From assembly GCA_913030785.1 (NCBI GenBank), contig CAJWER010000001.1:1-42647 (forward strand): 42,647 bases of DNA, written 5' to 3'. A program made the position numbers and the translations under genes. Positions 27,189 to 35,347 of this stretch are shown here, piece after piece (position 1 is the stretch's first letter; every line of letters starts with the position of its first letter). The DNA is from an uncultured Chloroflexota bacterium. GTDB taxonomy: Bacteria > Chloroflexota > Dehalococcoidia > Lucifugimonadales > CAJWER01. The notes below the pieces were generated by a model. It had not been told where the DNA came from and searched no databases. It was given only the letters and a program-made list of their open reading frames with translations.

Positions 27189-28340
27189 ATGAGAGCAGTC
27201 GTTTACAAGAAGCCGTTTGAAGTGGCGGTGGAGTCTGTTCCCGACCCGACGATTCAGCACCCCAACGATGCCATTGTGAAGATCACGTCGAGCTGCATTT
27301 GCGGGTCCGACCTGCACATGTACGAGGGGCGCACTGCCGCCACGCCTGGGATCGTTTTCGGTCACGAGAACATGGGCATCATTCAGGAGGTCGGCCCGGG
27401 GGTCAAGGACCGCAAGGTTGGCGATCGGGTCGTCATGCCATTTAACGTGGCATGCGGGTTCTGCAAAAACTGCCTGGGCGGCTTCACTGGGTTCTGCACG
27501 ACGGTGAACCCGGGGTTCGCCGGAGGCGCTTATGGTTATGTGTCGATGGGGCCCTGGGTGGGGGGCCAGGCAGAGTACCTGCAGGTGCCGTTCGCCGATT
27601 TCAATTGCCTGCCATTGCCTGCGGGCACCGAGCACGAGGCGGATTTCGCATTGCTGGCCGACATCTTTTGCACTGGCTACCACGGGGCGGAGCTGGCAGG
27701 CGTGAAGCCGGGTGAGAGCGTGGCGGTGTTTGGGGCCGGCCCGGTGGGCCTGATGGCCGCGTACAGCTGCTTGTTGAGGGGCGCGGCCGAGGTCTATGTT
27801 GTGGATCACGTTCAGGAGAGGCTTGATAAAGCCGAGTCCATCGGCGCGACGCCCATCAATTACGACGTTGCCGACCCCGTGGCTCAGATCAAGGAGCTGC
27901 GTGGTGGTGAGGGCACAGACAAGGGCATAGACGCGGTTGGTTACCAGGCCACAAAGGCGGGATCTTCGGCGTCGGGTGGCGAGCAGGACGAGGTTCCGAA
28001 CATCGTCCTGAACCAGCTCATCGACATGGTGAACCCCACGGGTGCGCTGGGTATCCCAGGCCTGTACGTCCCGTCGGATCCGGGTGGAGTGGACGCCGGA
28101 GCGAAGAAGGGTGCGCTCTCCCTCAACTTCGGGAAGCTGTTCGAGAAGGGCATTAGCCTGGGGACAGGACAGTGCAATGTGAAGCAGTACAACGCGCACT
28201 TGAGGGACCTGATTATCTCTGGCAAGGCGAAGCCGAGCTTCGTGGTGTCGAATGAGGTGTCGCTGGACGCCGCTCCAGACGCCTACAGCAAGTTCGACAA
28301 GCGGATCGAAGGCTACACCAAGGTCATCCTGCATCCCTAA
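27189..28340 (+). CDS. fdhA: Glutathione-independent formaldehyde dehydrogenase (Zn-dependent MDR family)
   Basis: 'ICGSDLHMYEGRT', 'PFNVACGFCKNCLGGFTGFCTTVNPGFAGGAYGYVSMGPWVGGQAEYLQVPFADFN' closely parallels Pseudomonas FdhA. ATG 27189 has AGGAGG 7 nt upstream. Confidence 0.85.
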   Translation: MRAVVYKKPFEVAVESVPDPTIQHPNDAIVKITSSCICGSDLHMYEGRTAATPGIVFGHENMGIIQEVGPGVKDRKVGDRVVMPFNVACGFCKNCLGGFTGFCTTVNPGFAGGAYGYVSMGPWVGGQAEYLQVPFADFNCLPLPAGTEHEADFALLADIFCTGYHGAELAGVKPGESVAVFGAGPVGLMAAYSCLLRGAAEVYVVDHVQERLDKAESIGATPINYDVADPVAQIKELRGGEGTDKGIDAVGYQATKAGSSASGGEQDEVPNIVLNQLIDMVNPTGALGIPGLYVPSDPGGVDAGAKKGALSLNFGKLFEKGISLGTGQCNVKQYNAHLRDLIISGKAKPSFVVSNEVSLDAAPDAYSKFDKRIEGYTKVILHP

Positions 28341-28343
28341 ATC

Positions 28344-28378
28344 TGTGGGGAGTGCAGTGGGGCACGCCCCTTTGCATC
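28344..28378 (+). repeat. Partial B-type repeat copy
   Basis: 'tgtggggagtgcagtggggcacgcccctttgcatc' resembles 11946-11994. Confidence 0.45.
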
Positions 28379-28401
28379 TTAAATCTTTCGGGGGTGCTGT
28401 C

Positions 28402-28635
28402 TTGTCCACAGACGGAGTAACGACAGTAATAAGCCTGATGGGCGCCATAGTAGGGTCCGAGGGCGGCACGCTGGAACTGGTCGACCTGTCTGGCGACAAG
28501 TTGACGGTCCGGTACAACGAGGGCACCAATGAGGAGTGTCCTGAGTGTGTACCGAGCCATGAGATGGTCCAGCAGATGCTCGCGGCGTCGTTGAAGGTGC
28601 ATGCGCCGGACGTCAGCGTGGTGGAACTGCTCTAG
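28402..28635 (+). CDS. NifU-like (C-terminal domain) small Fe-S-assembly-type protein
   Basis: 'GSEGGTLELVDLSGDKLTVRYNEG...CPECVPSHEMVQQMLAASLKVHAPDVSVV' follows the NifU C-terminal pattern (GG.lELV....l.V.......C..C). The start is uncertain (TTG 28402 or ATG 28438). Confidence 0.55.
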   Translation: MSTDGVTTVISLMGAIVGSEGGTLELVDLSGDKLTVRYNEGTNEECPECVPSHEMVQQMLAASLKVHAPDVSVVELL

Positions 28636-29825
28636 GGGCGATGTCCTAGCCAGGGGCGGTATACCTGGCCGCCGATTACGGTGCTGACGTGGTTGAGCTT
28701 GCGGGTCGCCTCGACCGCCGTTGGTTTCTGCCAGGTCATGCCGCCTATGTTCAGCGCCTGGGATAGGCGGTCGTTGAGGGTGAAGCGGCCTTCGTCCAGC
28801 GTGAGTATCGCCGCGTCCCCTATTGCCCCCACGGCGAGTGTGCCGTATCCGCCTTTCAGCCCCATGATTTTTGCCGCCGAGATCGTGCTGCGTTCGATTA
28901 CGTCGTCGAGGCTCATACCCAGGTGGATGAATTTGGATAGCGTGGTTACGAGGTCGTAGACCGGCCCCTCGACGTTGAAGATGTGCAGGTCGGTGCTGAT
29001 GCTGTCGGGTACGAACCCGGCGGCGAGGGCCCTTTCGGCGGTATCGAATGAGAAGCCGCCCATACCATGACCGACGTCGAACAGGACGCCGCGTTCGCGT
29101 GCCTCAAGGATGCCAGGCAGGACACCATCGAGGTTGGCGATGCGGTCCCCGATGCCGTGGAAGGCGTGGGTGACGACGTCGCCGGGCCTCATCATTGCGA
29201 CCAACTCTTCGATGGGTACGGGACATGCGCCGATGTGGGACATGACGAAGCCGTCGATGGCCTCGGCGGCCTCAATGGCACGCTTCAGGGACTCCACTGT
29301 GTTTTCGCCCGACTGTAGTTTGCCCAGCCGGACCTTGATGCCTGGTACGACGTCGCGGTTCTGCCTGGCTACCGTGATCGCCTTGTCCACCTCAGCCCAG
29401 CGCAGATCTTCCAGTTCGCCGACGTGGGATTCGGAGATCATGCCGGCGGAGGATATGTTGAGGAGCGCGAATGTGCGGGTGACCGCCTGGTCGATGACGT
29501 AGTGACGGAACCCTGGGAATGTGCGTGCGCCCGACGAGCCTGCGTCGAGGATGGTGGTGACGCCCTTGGCGACGTTGACGGGGTCGGGAAGGACGCCGTA
29601 GGCGGAGGAGCCCCAGAATGCGTGGACGTGGAGGTCGATGAGGCCTGGGGTGACGATTTGTCCCTTGGCGTCGATTGTCTCGAGGGCGCTATCGGAGGGG
29701 ATGTCTTGCTCGATAGCGGCTACTTTGCCGTCGGCGAACGCTATGTCGCGTAGGGCATGGAGCTTTTGTGAGGGGTCTACTAGTTTGCCGTTCTTGATTA
29801 GCAGGTCGTGTTTCGTCGTGGTCAA
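28632..29825 (-). CDS. Amidohydrolase / deacetylase-family metallohydrolase (dihydroorotase-like fold), paralog 1
   Basis: 397 aa. Metal-binding 'GLIDLHVHAF', 'DAGSSGA' and 'VTHAFHG' motifs. TTG start with AGGAGG 7 nt upstream. Paralog of 39374-40561. Confidence 0.8.
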   Translation of the reverse strand: MTTTKHDLLIKNGKLVDPSQKLHALRDIAFADGKVAAIEQDIPSDSALETIDAKGQIVTPGLIDLHVHAFWGSSAYGVLPDPVNVAKGVTTILDAGSSGARTFPGFRHYVIDQAVTRTFALLNISSAGMISESHVGELEDLRWAEVDKAITVARQNRDVVPGIKVRLGKLQSGENTVESLKRAIEAAEAIDGFVMSHIGACPVPIEELVAMMRPGDVVTHAFHGIGDRIANLDGVLPGILEARERGVLFDVGHGMGGFSFDTAERALAAGFVPDSISTDLHIFNVEGPVYDLVTTLSKFIHLGMSLDDVIERSTISAAKIMGLKGGYGTLAVGAIGDAAILTLDEGRFTLNDRLSQALNIGGMTWQKPTAVEATRKLNHVSTVIGGQVYRPWLGHRP

Positions 29826-29850
29826 AGGTTGGCCTCCTGGCTCGTTTTAT

Positions 29851-30013
29851 TTCCCCACCACCACCCCAAAGGAAGAAAAAATAATAGTCTGTGAGGGACA
29901 CCCTCACACTCCAGGCATAGGGGCTGTACTCCTCTGGACACCCTCGCAAGAGAAACGGGTGCTCTGTCCCCACGGGCACCCGGCAAAAGGGACTGGCCCT
30001 TCTGGGCTCCCCA
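29851..30013 (+). repeat. Composite repeat (P + B + C modules) between thrC-like and amidohydrolase genes
   Basis: 'ccccaaaggaagaaaaaataatag', hairpin 'gtgagggacaccctcac' (29891-29907), 'cctctggacaccc', then 'gggtgc...gcaccc...cccttctgggctcccc'. Confidence 0.8.
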
Positions 30014-30025
30014 TAGTAGAGACGC

Positions 30026-31192
30026 CTAGAGGAGGTCCAGGTATTTTAGGCCTGAGCCTGTGTTTAGCAATATGATCTTGTCGTTCTCTGATAGTGTGCC
30101 GTCTTGCAGGAGTTGGGCCGCTGCTGCTGCGGTGGCCGCTCCTTCCGGGCACATCAGGATGCCCTCGAGGGGCGGGACGCGGCTTGTCCATTCCATGATG
30201 GTCTGGTCGGAGAGGGCGATCGCGCCCCCTTTGCTCTCGCGAAGGACCTGCAAAATTAGGTAGTCGGCGATAGCCGCCGGGACCCGGAGCCCCGCCGCAA
30301 CGGTGTGGGCGTTTTTCCAGGGCTCGGCGAACTCGTCGCCACGTTGGAAGGCCCGGACGATGGGCGCGCATCCATCGGCTTGGACGGCGAACACCCTGGG
30401 CCTCTGAGATCCGATCCAGCCGAGGCGCTCCATCTCGTCAAAGGCCTTCCAGAAGCCCACGATGCCGGTGCCGCCGCCAGTTGGATAGATGATGACATCG
30501 GGCAGGGTCCAGTTCATCTGCTCGGCTAGCTCGTAGCCCATTGTTTTCTTGCCCTCGACGCGGTACGGTTCCTTGAGGGTCGAGACATCAAACAGGCCCT
30601 CCTTCTCCGCGGCCTCGTTGGAGAGCTTGCCAGCATCGGAAATTAGGCCGTCAACGAGAATCAGACGCGCTCCGTTGTACCTGACCTCTTTTTGATTGGC
30701 CTCGGGCGCGTCTTGGGGCATGAATACGCTCGCCTGCATGCCCGCGGAGGCGGCGTAGGAAGCCATAGCTCCGCCTGCATTGCCAGCCGAGGGCATCGTG
30801 AGCTTGGTGAGGCCCAGCTCCTTGGCTTTCGAGACGGCGGCGGATAGGCCACGGGCCTTGAACGACGCGGTCGGGTTGATCCCTTCGTCTTTGACGTATA
30901 GGTTGCTTGCGCCGATCTCTTTGCCCAGAGTTCGAGTCTTGAGGAGGGGCGTGAAACCCTCGCCGAGGCTCACGACGTTGGCGGGGTCGCGGATGGGCAT
31001 CATCTCAAAGTACCGCCACATGTTTGCGGGGCGGTTCTTCAGGGAGTCGCGGTCGAAGCCGGTTGCTGCGGCGTCCATGTCATATCTGGGATAAAGCACC
31101 TTGCCGCAGGACGGGCACGTGCGGTGCGGCTCGTCCGCGGAGAAGGTGTCCCCGCAATAGGTGCATTCAAGGTTTGTCAGGTAGCTATTCAT
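30026..31192 (-). CDS. thrC: Threonine synthase-like PLP enzyme with N-terminal zinc ribbon
   Basis: 388 aa. 'CTYCG...CPSCG' ribbon, PLP-lysine motif 'NPTASFKARG', 'PSAGNAG', 'GGGTG'. The family is clear, but the exact reaction (threonine synthase versus a paralogous activity) cannot be resolved from sequence alone. Confidence 0.7.
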   Translation of the reverse strand: MNSYLTNLECTYCGDTFSADEPHRTCPSCGKVLYPRYDMDAAATGFDRDSLKNRPANMWRYFEMMPIRDPANVVSLGEGFTPLLKTRTLGKEIGASNLYVKDEGINPTASFKARGLSAAVSKAKELGLTKLTMPSAGNAGGAMASYAASAGMQASVFMPQDAPEANQKEVRYNGARLILVDGLISDAGKLSNEAAEKEGLFDVSTLKEPYRVEGKKTMGYELAEQMNWTLPDVIIYPTGGGTGIVGFWKAFDEMERLGWIGSQRPRVFAVQADGCAPIVRAFQRGDEFAEPWKNAHTVAAGLRVPAAIADYLILQVLRESKGGAIALSDQTIMEWTSRVPPLEGILMCPEGAATAAAAAQLLQDGTLSENDKIILLNTGSGLKYLDLL

Positions 31193-31223
31193 GTTTCGTT
31201 CGATCGTCTCCTTGGTCCTCTTT

Positions 31224-31306
31224 CTGTCCAGGAAGAGGAAATAATGTAGTTGTGAAGGGTACCCTCACTCACCCAGCAAAGGGGCTCTGCCCCTCTGCAC
31301 TCCTCC
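31224..31306 (+). repeat. Composite repeat (P + B modules)
   Basis: 'ccaggaagaggaaataatgtag', hairpin 'gtgaagggtaccctcac' (31252-31268), 'ggggctctgcccctctgcactcctcc'. Confidence 0.7.
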
Positions 31307-31356
31307 TTGGCGATTGGCAGGTTGCCATGCCCATGGGAGGCGCACCTCTTGGCTGG

Positions 31357-32703
31357 TCAGTTGATTGCAAATGAGAATAGTTTGGCTGATTTTACGTAGA
31401 ACTTCAGCCGGATGGTCTTGCCCTGGAGGTGGTCTAGAGACGCGCCGCGCCATGTGACCCTGTGGCGGACGGAGTCGGTGTCGAGGACCGCGCAGTCTAT
31501 CATGCGCATATCCTCGTGCTGGGTTCCCTCCTCGTCCAGGACGGCGACGGCTACTGTGCCGCCGCGGGCGTCTGCGTTCACGGTGAGTTGTCCGCCCTCG
31601 CAGAGTATCGGCTTTGTGAGAAGTGTGCCGATCTGATCGCCAGCATCCAGTGATACAAAACCGTCGAGCCTGAGCTTGGAAAGCGTGCCACGGGCATTGC
31701 GGTGGGTGGTGCCGTGGTCGCCGTCGGATGCCACGCCGTAGAACCAAAGCTCGTCGCCCATGCGGATGGGTTTCTTGGCGGCACTGACGATTCCCTGGTC
31801 CATCTTGCCGTTTGCGCCCAGGGGGATGAAGGGCTGGCGGTCGCCGGCACGTTGCCAGTCGATGCCGTCGCGGCTGACTGCGAGTTGGATGTCGGTGGTA
31901 CCGGCGCGCCTCGGGTGGGGCTCCTCAGCATAGGTGTGGTAGGCCCAGGGCAGTCCGAGGTAGAGGCCTTCGTACTTGAATACGGGCATGCCGTAGAACT
32001 CGAGATCGGGCTCGTCTTCGTCAGGGGCTAGCACAACTTCGGGCATCGTCCAGTCTATGAAGTCGTCGCTGACTGAACGGCCGATGACCCGGACGTTGGG
32101 GCCGCCCTTGTACTGGCGTCGGGGGCGTATATAGGCGACGTACTTGCCCACGGATTCGTCCCAGCCTAGAACGGTGTGGGTGTCGCCGGTGCCGGTGAGA
32201 ATGGGATTGCCGGGGTGTTCGGTCCAGCGGATTCCGTCGGGCGAGAAGGCAACGGAGGCCGACGCCCAGCCAGGTTTGCGTGGGATCGAAAAATCCCAGT
32301 ACAGCATCTTGTACCGTCGAGCCGGATCGGGGTCGTTGGGCTCGATGATCACGTTCGGCACGCATGCTTCGTTCAGGACCCTGTTGTTGGCTGTTGAACC
32401 AGAAACTTCGTGTATGCCTAGCTCGGGCTTGTGCCAGTGGATGCCATCTTCGGAGGTGGCGTAGCAGGCCGGGTATGACTCGTCGAACCAGCCCTGGTAC
32501 CAGGCCCTGAATGTGCCGTCGTCGTCACGTACGACCGTTCCTACGAATCCCACGTCGTGCTCCCACGAGGGAGACGGCCGGAGGATCGGGTTGCCGGCAT
32601 AGGGCGTGGGCTGGTTCAGAACCTGGGCGAGGCCGTTGACTTCGTCGATGGCCCCGTCGTCGATTAACAGTTGCCGGTTGCCGTTTAATTTGATGTGGGC
32701 CAT
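31357..32703 (-). CDS. Uncharacterised protein, probably a beta-propeller glycoside-hydrolase-like enzyme with a C-terminal beta-sandwich
   Basis: 448 aa from ATG 32703 (AGGAG 7 nt upstream). Repeated 'W...P' blade-like segments ('GNPILRPSPSWEHD', 'FSPDGIRWTEHPGNPIL', 'AVSRDGIDWQR'). The coding call is solid; the function is only a fold-level guess. Confidence 0.5.
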   Translation of the reverse strand: MAHIKLNGNRQLLIDDGAIDEVNGLAQVLNQPTPYAGNPILRPSPSWEHDVGFVGTVVRDDDGTFRAWYQGWFDESYPACYATSEDGIHWHKPELGIHEVSGSTANNRVLNEACVPNVIIEPNDPDPARRYKMLYWDFSIPRKPGWASASVAFSPDGIRWTEHPGNPILTGTGDTHTVLGWDESVGKYVAYIRPRRQYKGGPNVRVIGRSVSDDFIDWTMPEVVLAPDEDEPDLEFYGMPVFKYEGLYLGLPWAYHTYAEEPHPRRAGTTDIQLAVSRDGIDWQRAGDRQPFIPLGANGKMDQGIVSAAKKPIRMGDELWFYGVASDGDHGTTHRNARGTLSKLRLDGFVSLDAGDQIGTLLTKPILCEGGQLTVNADARGGTVAVAVLDEEGTQHEDMRMIDCAVLDTDSVRHRVTWRGASLDHLQGKTIRLKFYVKSAKLFSFAIN

Positions 32704-32760
32704 TTGGCGCTCCTGTTTCCGGGACGGGCGCAAGTCATGCGCCCCACGGTGGTGTCAGCG

Positions 32761-32788
32761 TTGCATTACTTAGGCCGCAGTCTATAAT
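32761..32788 (+). promoter_or_regulatory. Sigma70-type promoter for the aminotransferase gene
   Basis: TTGCAT (32761-32766), 16 nt spacer, TATAAT (32783-32788). AGGAG precedes ATG 32834. Confidence 0.6.
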
Positions 32789-32833
32789 TGTCCGCAATAC
32801 GCGCCGAGCCCGCGCACATTGTAGAGGAGATGG

Positions 32834-34159
32834 ATGCCAACGCCAATCGAACAACGCTATATTGACGCACACCCCAAGTGCGCGGACCTGTACGCAACCT
32901 CGAAGGATCTGTTCCCCAACGGGGTAACCCACGATGCTAGGAACCTGAAGCCGTTCCCGTATTTCGTGTCCCACGGCCTTGGGGCCCGCAAGTGGGATGT
33001 GGATGGCCAAGAGATCATTGACTACAAGGGCGGCCACGGGGCCCTGATCCTCGGACATAGTCACCCGGAGATCGTTGCCGCAGTCAGCGATCAGATGACC
33101 AGGGGTACTCACTATGCGGCATCCACGGAGTTGGAGATCAAGTGGGGAAGCTTGGTCCGGGAATTGATCCCGTGCTCCGAGAAGGTGCGTTTCCACAGCT
33201 CGGGTACCGAGGCGACGCTGATGGCGCTTCGGATGGCTCGTTCATACACGGGCAAGTCCCGCATTATAAAATTCGATGACCATTTTCACGGCTGGCATGA
33301 CTACCTGCTGGCGGAGAATACCGGAGATGGCGGCGTGCCTGAGGAGGTCAAGGGCACGGTGACCTCGTTGCCGGTCAACAATATCTCGCTTGTCGAGGAG
33401 GCGCTGAAAGCCGACGACGTGGCTGCGGTAATCATTGAGCCTACGGGCGCGCACATGGGTCTTTGGCCGGTGCGTCCAAGCTTCCTGAGCGAGCTGCGAG
33501 AGCTCACCGAGAGGCTCGGCGTCGTGCTGATCTTCGACGAGGTGGTGACAGGATTCAGGACGTCGAAGGGGGGCGCTCAGGGCTACTACGGCGTCACACC
33601 GGATTTGTGCACGCTGGCCAAGATCCTGGGCGGCGGCCTGCCGGGGGGTGCGGTTACGGGCAAGGCTGAGATCATCGACATGATTCAGCTTCGCGACGAC
33701 CCCAGTTTCAACGCAAACACGCGTGTCGGTCACAACGGGACCTTCAACGCCAACCCGCTTTCGGCGGCGGCCGGAGCGAAGGCTCTGGAGTTGCTGTCGA
33801 CTCAGCCTATCAACGACCGGGCTACTGCGGCGGCCAATCACCTCAAGGCGGGCCTGAACGACGTTCTGTCCAAACTGGAGATTCCCGGATGCGCTGCCGG
33901 TGTTGGGTCGGCAATCTTCCTGCGCCTAGGCGTGGACCATGAGTGTGACCAAGAGGTCTGCTTGATGTCGGATGAGGACCAGCACAAGGTGGAGGACCGC
34001 ACGGTACGTCATCAGCTGGAGCTGGCGATGTATTCAAACGGTGCAGACGGTGGTCAGAGGTTCATCGTGAGCTCCGTCCACACGGACCGGGACATCGACG
34101 AGACGGTCGAGGCTGCCGAGCGGTCGCTGACCGCCGTGCGGGCTCAGGGTCTGGTGTAG
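32834..34159 (+). CDS. Class-III (GSA-aminomutase-like) PLP aminotransferase
   Basis: 441 aa. 'GGHGALILGHSHPEIVAA', 'IFDEVVTGFR', PLP-lysine context 'CTLAKILGGGLPGGA'. Confidence 0.85.
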   Translation: MPTPIEQRYIDAHPKCADLYATSKDLFPNGVTHDARNLKPFPYFVSHGLGARKWDVDGQEIIDYKGGHGALILGHSHPEIVAAVSDQMTRGTHYAASTELEIKWGSLVRELIPCSEKVRFHSSGTEATLMALRMARSYTGKSRIIKFDDHFHGWHDYLLAENTGDGGVPEEVKGTVTSLPVNNISLVEEALKADDVAAVIIEPTGAHMGLWPVRPSFLSELRELTERLGVVLIFDEVVTGFRTSKGGAQGYYGVTPDLCTLAKILGGGLPGGAVTGKAEIIDMIQLRDDPSFNANTRVGHNGTFNANPLSAAAGAKALELLSTQPINDRATAAANHLKAGLNDVLSKLEIPGCAAGVGSAIFLRLGVDHECDQEVCLMSDEDQHKVEDRTVRHQLELAMYSNGADGGQRFIVSSVHTDRDIDETVEAAERSLTAVRAQGLV

Positions 34160-34291
34160 GCAGGGACTGGGGGCTAGGGGAAGATAGTGCGGAGTTTCGG
34201 AGCCAGGTTTCTGGCTCTGGCGTAGCTGGGGGTGTGTGTAGGCTTAGTCCCTGGGCGCACTACCCTTGACCTCACTGAGCGCGCGCAGCGC

Positions 34292-35140
34292 CTAGAACGC
34301 CCCGCGTCCTATTAGCAGTGCTCCGATTAGCAGTGCTCCGATTCCTACCATCACGACGCCCATCGTCATTATCAGGCCTTGCAGGCTGACGCGCTCTGTG
34401 TACCGTGACCCTATGGCTACGCCGATCATGGCGCTTATTGCCAGAAGGAACATGAGGGGGTAGTCGACATTGCCGCGGGCGACGTGGGCTATCCAGCCGG
34501 TGGCGCCCATGAGCGCGCCTATGAACATGTTTGTGCCAGCGGCGATTCTCGGGTCGACCCCGAGAATGCGTATTAGGGCCGGTATCCTCAGGCTCCCCAG
34601 GATTAGTCCGACTGCCCCGCCGACCAGCCCTATGACCAGTCCGATGGTTGAGGCGACGGCCGTGCGACTGGTCTTAGCAGGCCCCGATGAGGTGGCTACG
34701 GCGTCGGCGAAGGCCGAGCCCGATGCGTCTGGCGCTACCTCTCGCCCGGCCATGTTCACCAGCTCGATCCCCTGCCACAGGACCAGAGCGCCTACAGCGA
34801 AGATCAGCAGGTCTTCGGGTGCGAGGTGTGCGTAGAAGCCGCCGATGAATGCGCCGACGAAGCTCGGAAGCCCCATTGTGATGACTAGGCGCAGGTTAAC
34901 GCGTCCGCCGCGATAGTGGCTGATAGCGCCAACGACGGAGCTTGCGCCGCTGACGATGATGTTGGTGCCGGCGACTATGGGAGCGGGCACGCCTATGAGC
35001 AGGAGCGTCGTGAGGCGCAGGGTGCTCAGTGACAGGCCCACGAACCCGCCGAGAACTCCGATGGCGAAAGAGGCTGCGGTCAAGATGCCGGCCTTCCAGA
35101 GCAGGACATCGGAAGGCAGGCCGAGGTCGTCGAATGTCAT
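34292..35140 (-). CDS. TauE/SafE (TSUP) family anion exporter membrane protein
   Basis: 282 aa, about 8 TM segments with internal duplication and Gly-rich helices typical of PF01925. The 3' end carries a perfect 15-bp tandem duplication. Confidence 0.7.
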   Translation of the reverse strand: MTFDDLGLPSDVLLWKAGILTAASFAIGVLGGFVGLSLSTLRLTTLLLIGVPAPIVAGTNIIVSGASSVVGAISHYRGGRVNLRLVITMGLPSFVGAFIGGFYAHLAPEDLLIFAVGALVLWQGIELVNMAGREVAPDASGSAFADAVATSSGPAKTSRTAVASTIGLVIGLVGGAVGLILGSLRIPALIRILGVDPRIAAGTNMFIGALMGATGWIAHVARGNVDYPLMFLLAISAMIGVAIGSRYTERVSLQGLIMTMGVVMVGIGALLIGALLIGRGAF

Positions 35141-35158
35141 GGCGCCTAGTGTACAGGC

Positions 35159-35347
35159 TCAGGTGTCACTTGGCACATCCATGGACGCCGGGGAGGCTAT
35201 TCCCAGGATGATCAGGACCGCGGGCCAACTCAGGGGACTTGCATCCAGGCCCATCGCGATGCCTGTGACTCCGAGCACGGCGAAGAGCCACGCGCTTTCG
35301 GCGATCAGGTTTGTCGCTGTTACCCAACTACCCCGAGACAGGCTCAT
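35159..35347 (-). CDS. Putative 62-aa two-TM peptide downstream of the DUF58 gene (possible remnant of a third operon member)
   Basis: ATG 35347 overlaps the DUF58 3' end by 20 nt. 'NLIAESAWLFAVLGVTGIAMGLDASPLSWPAVLIILGIA' is hydrophobic. No family recognised. Confidence 0.3.
   Translation of the reverse strand: MSLSRGSWVTATNLIAESAWLFAVLGVTGIAMGLDASPLSWPAVLIILGIASPASMDVPSDT

Noticed and set aside
26985-28529. 514-aa ORF antisense to the formaldehyde dehydrogenase gene
   Set aside because: Arg/His/Leu/Pro-rich with no motifs. The sense strand encodes a near-textbook FdhA. Long antisense ORFs are expected at this GC content.
32704-32833. Second promoter (TTGGCG, 17 nt spacer, TACAAT on the minus strand) for the hydrolase-like gene
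   Set aside because: Plausible, but the -35 would lie within the aminotransferase coding start and alternative -10 candidates exist nearby. This is not enough to report as a feature.
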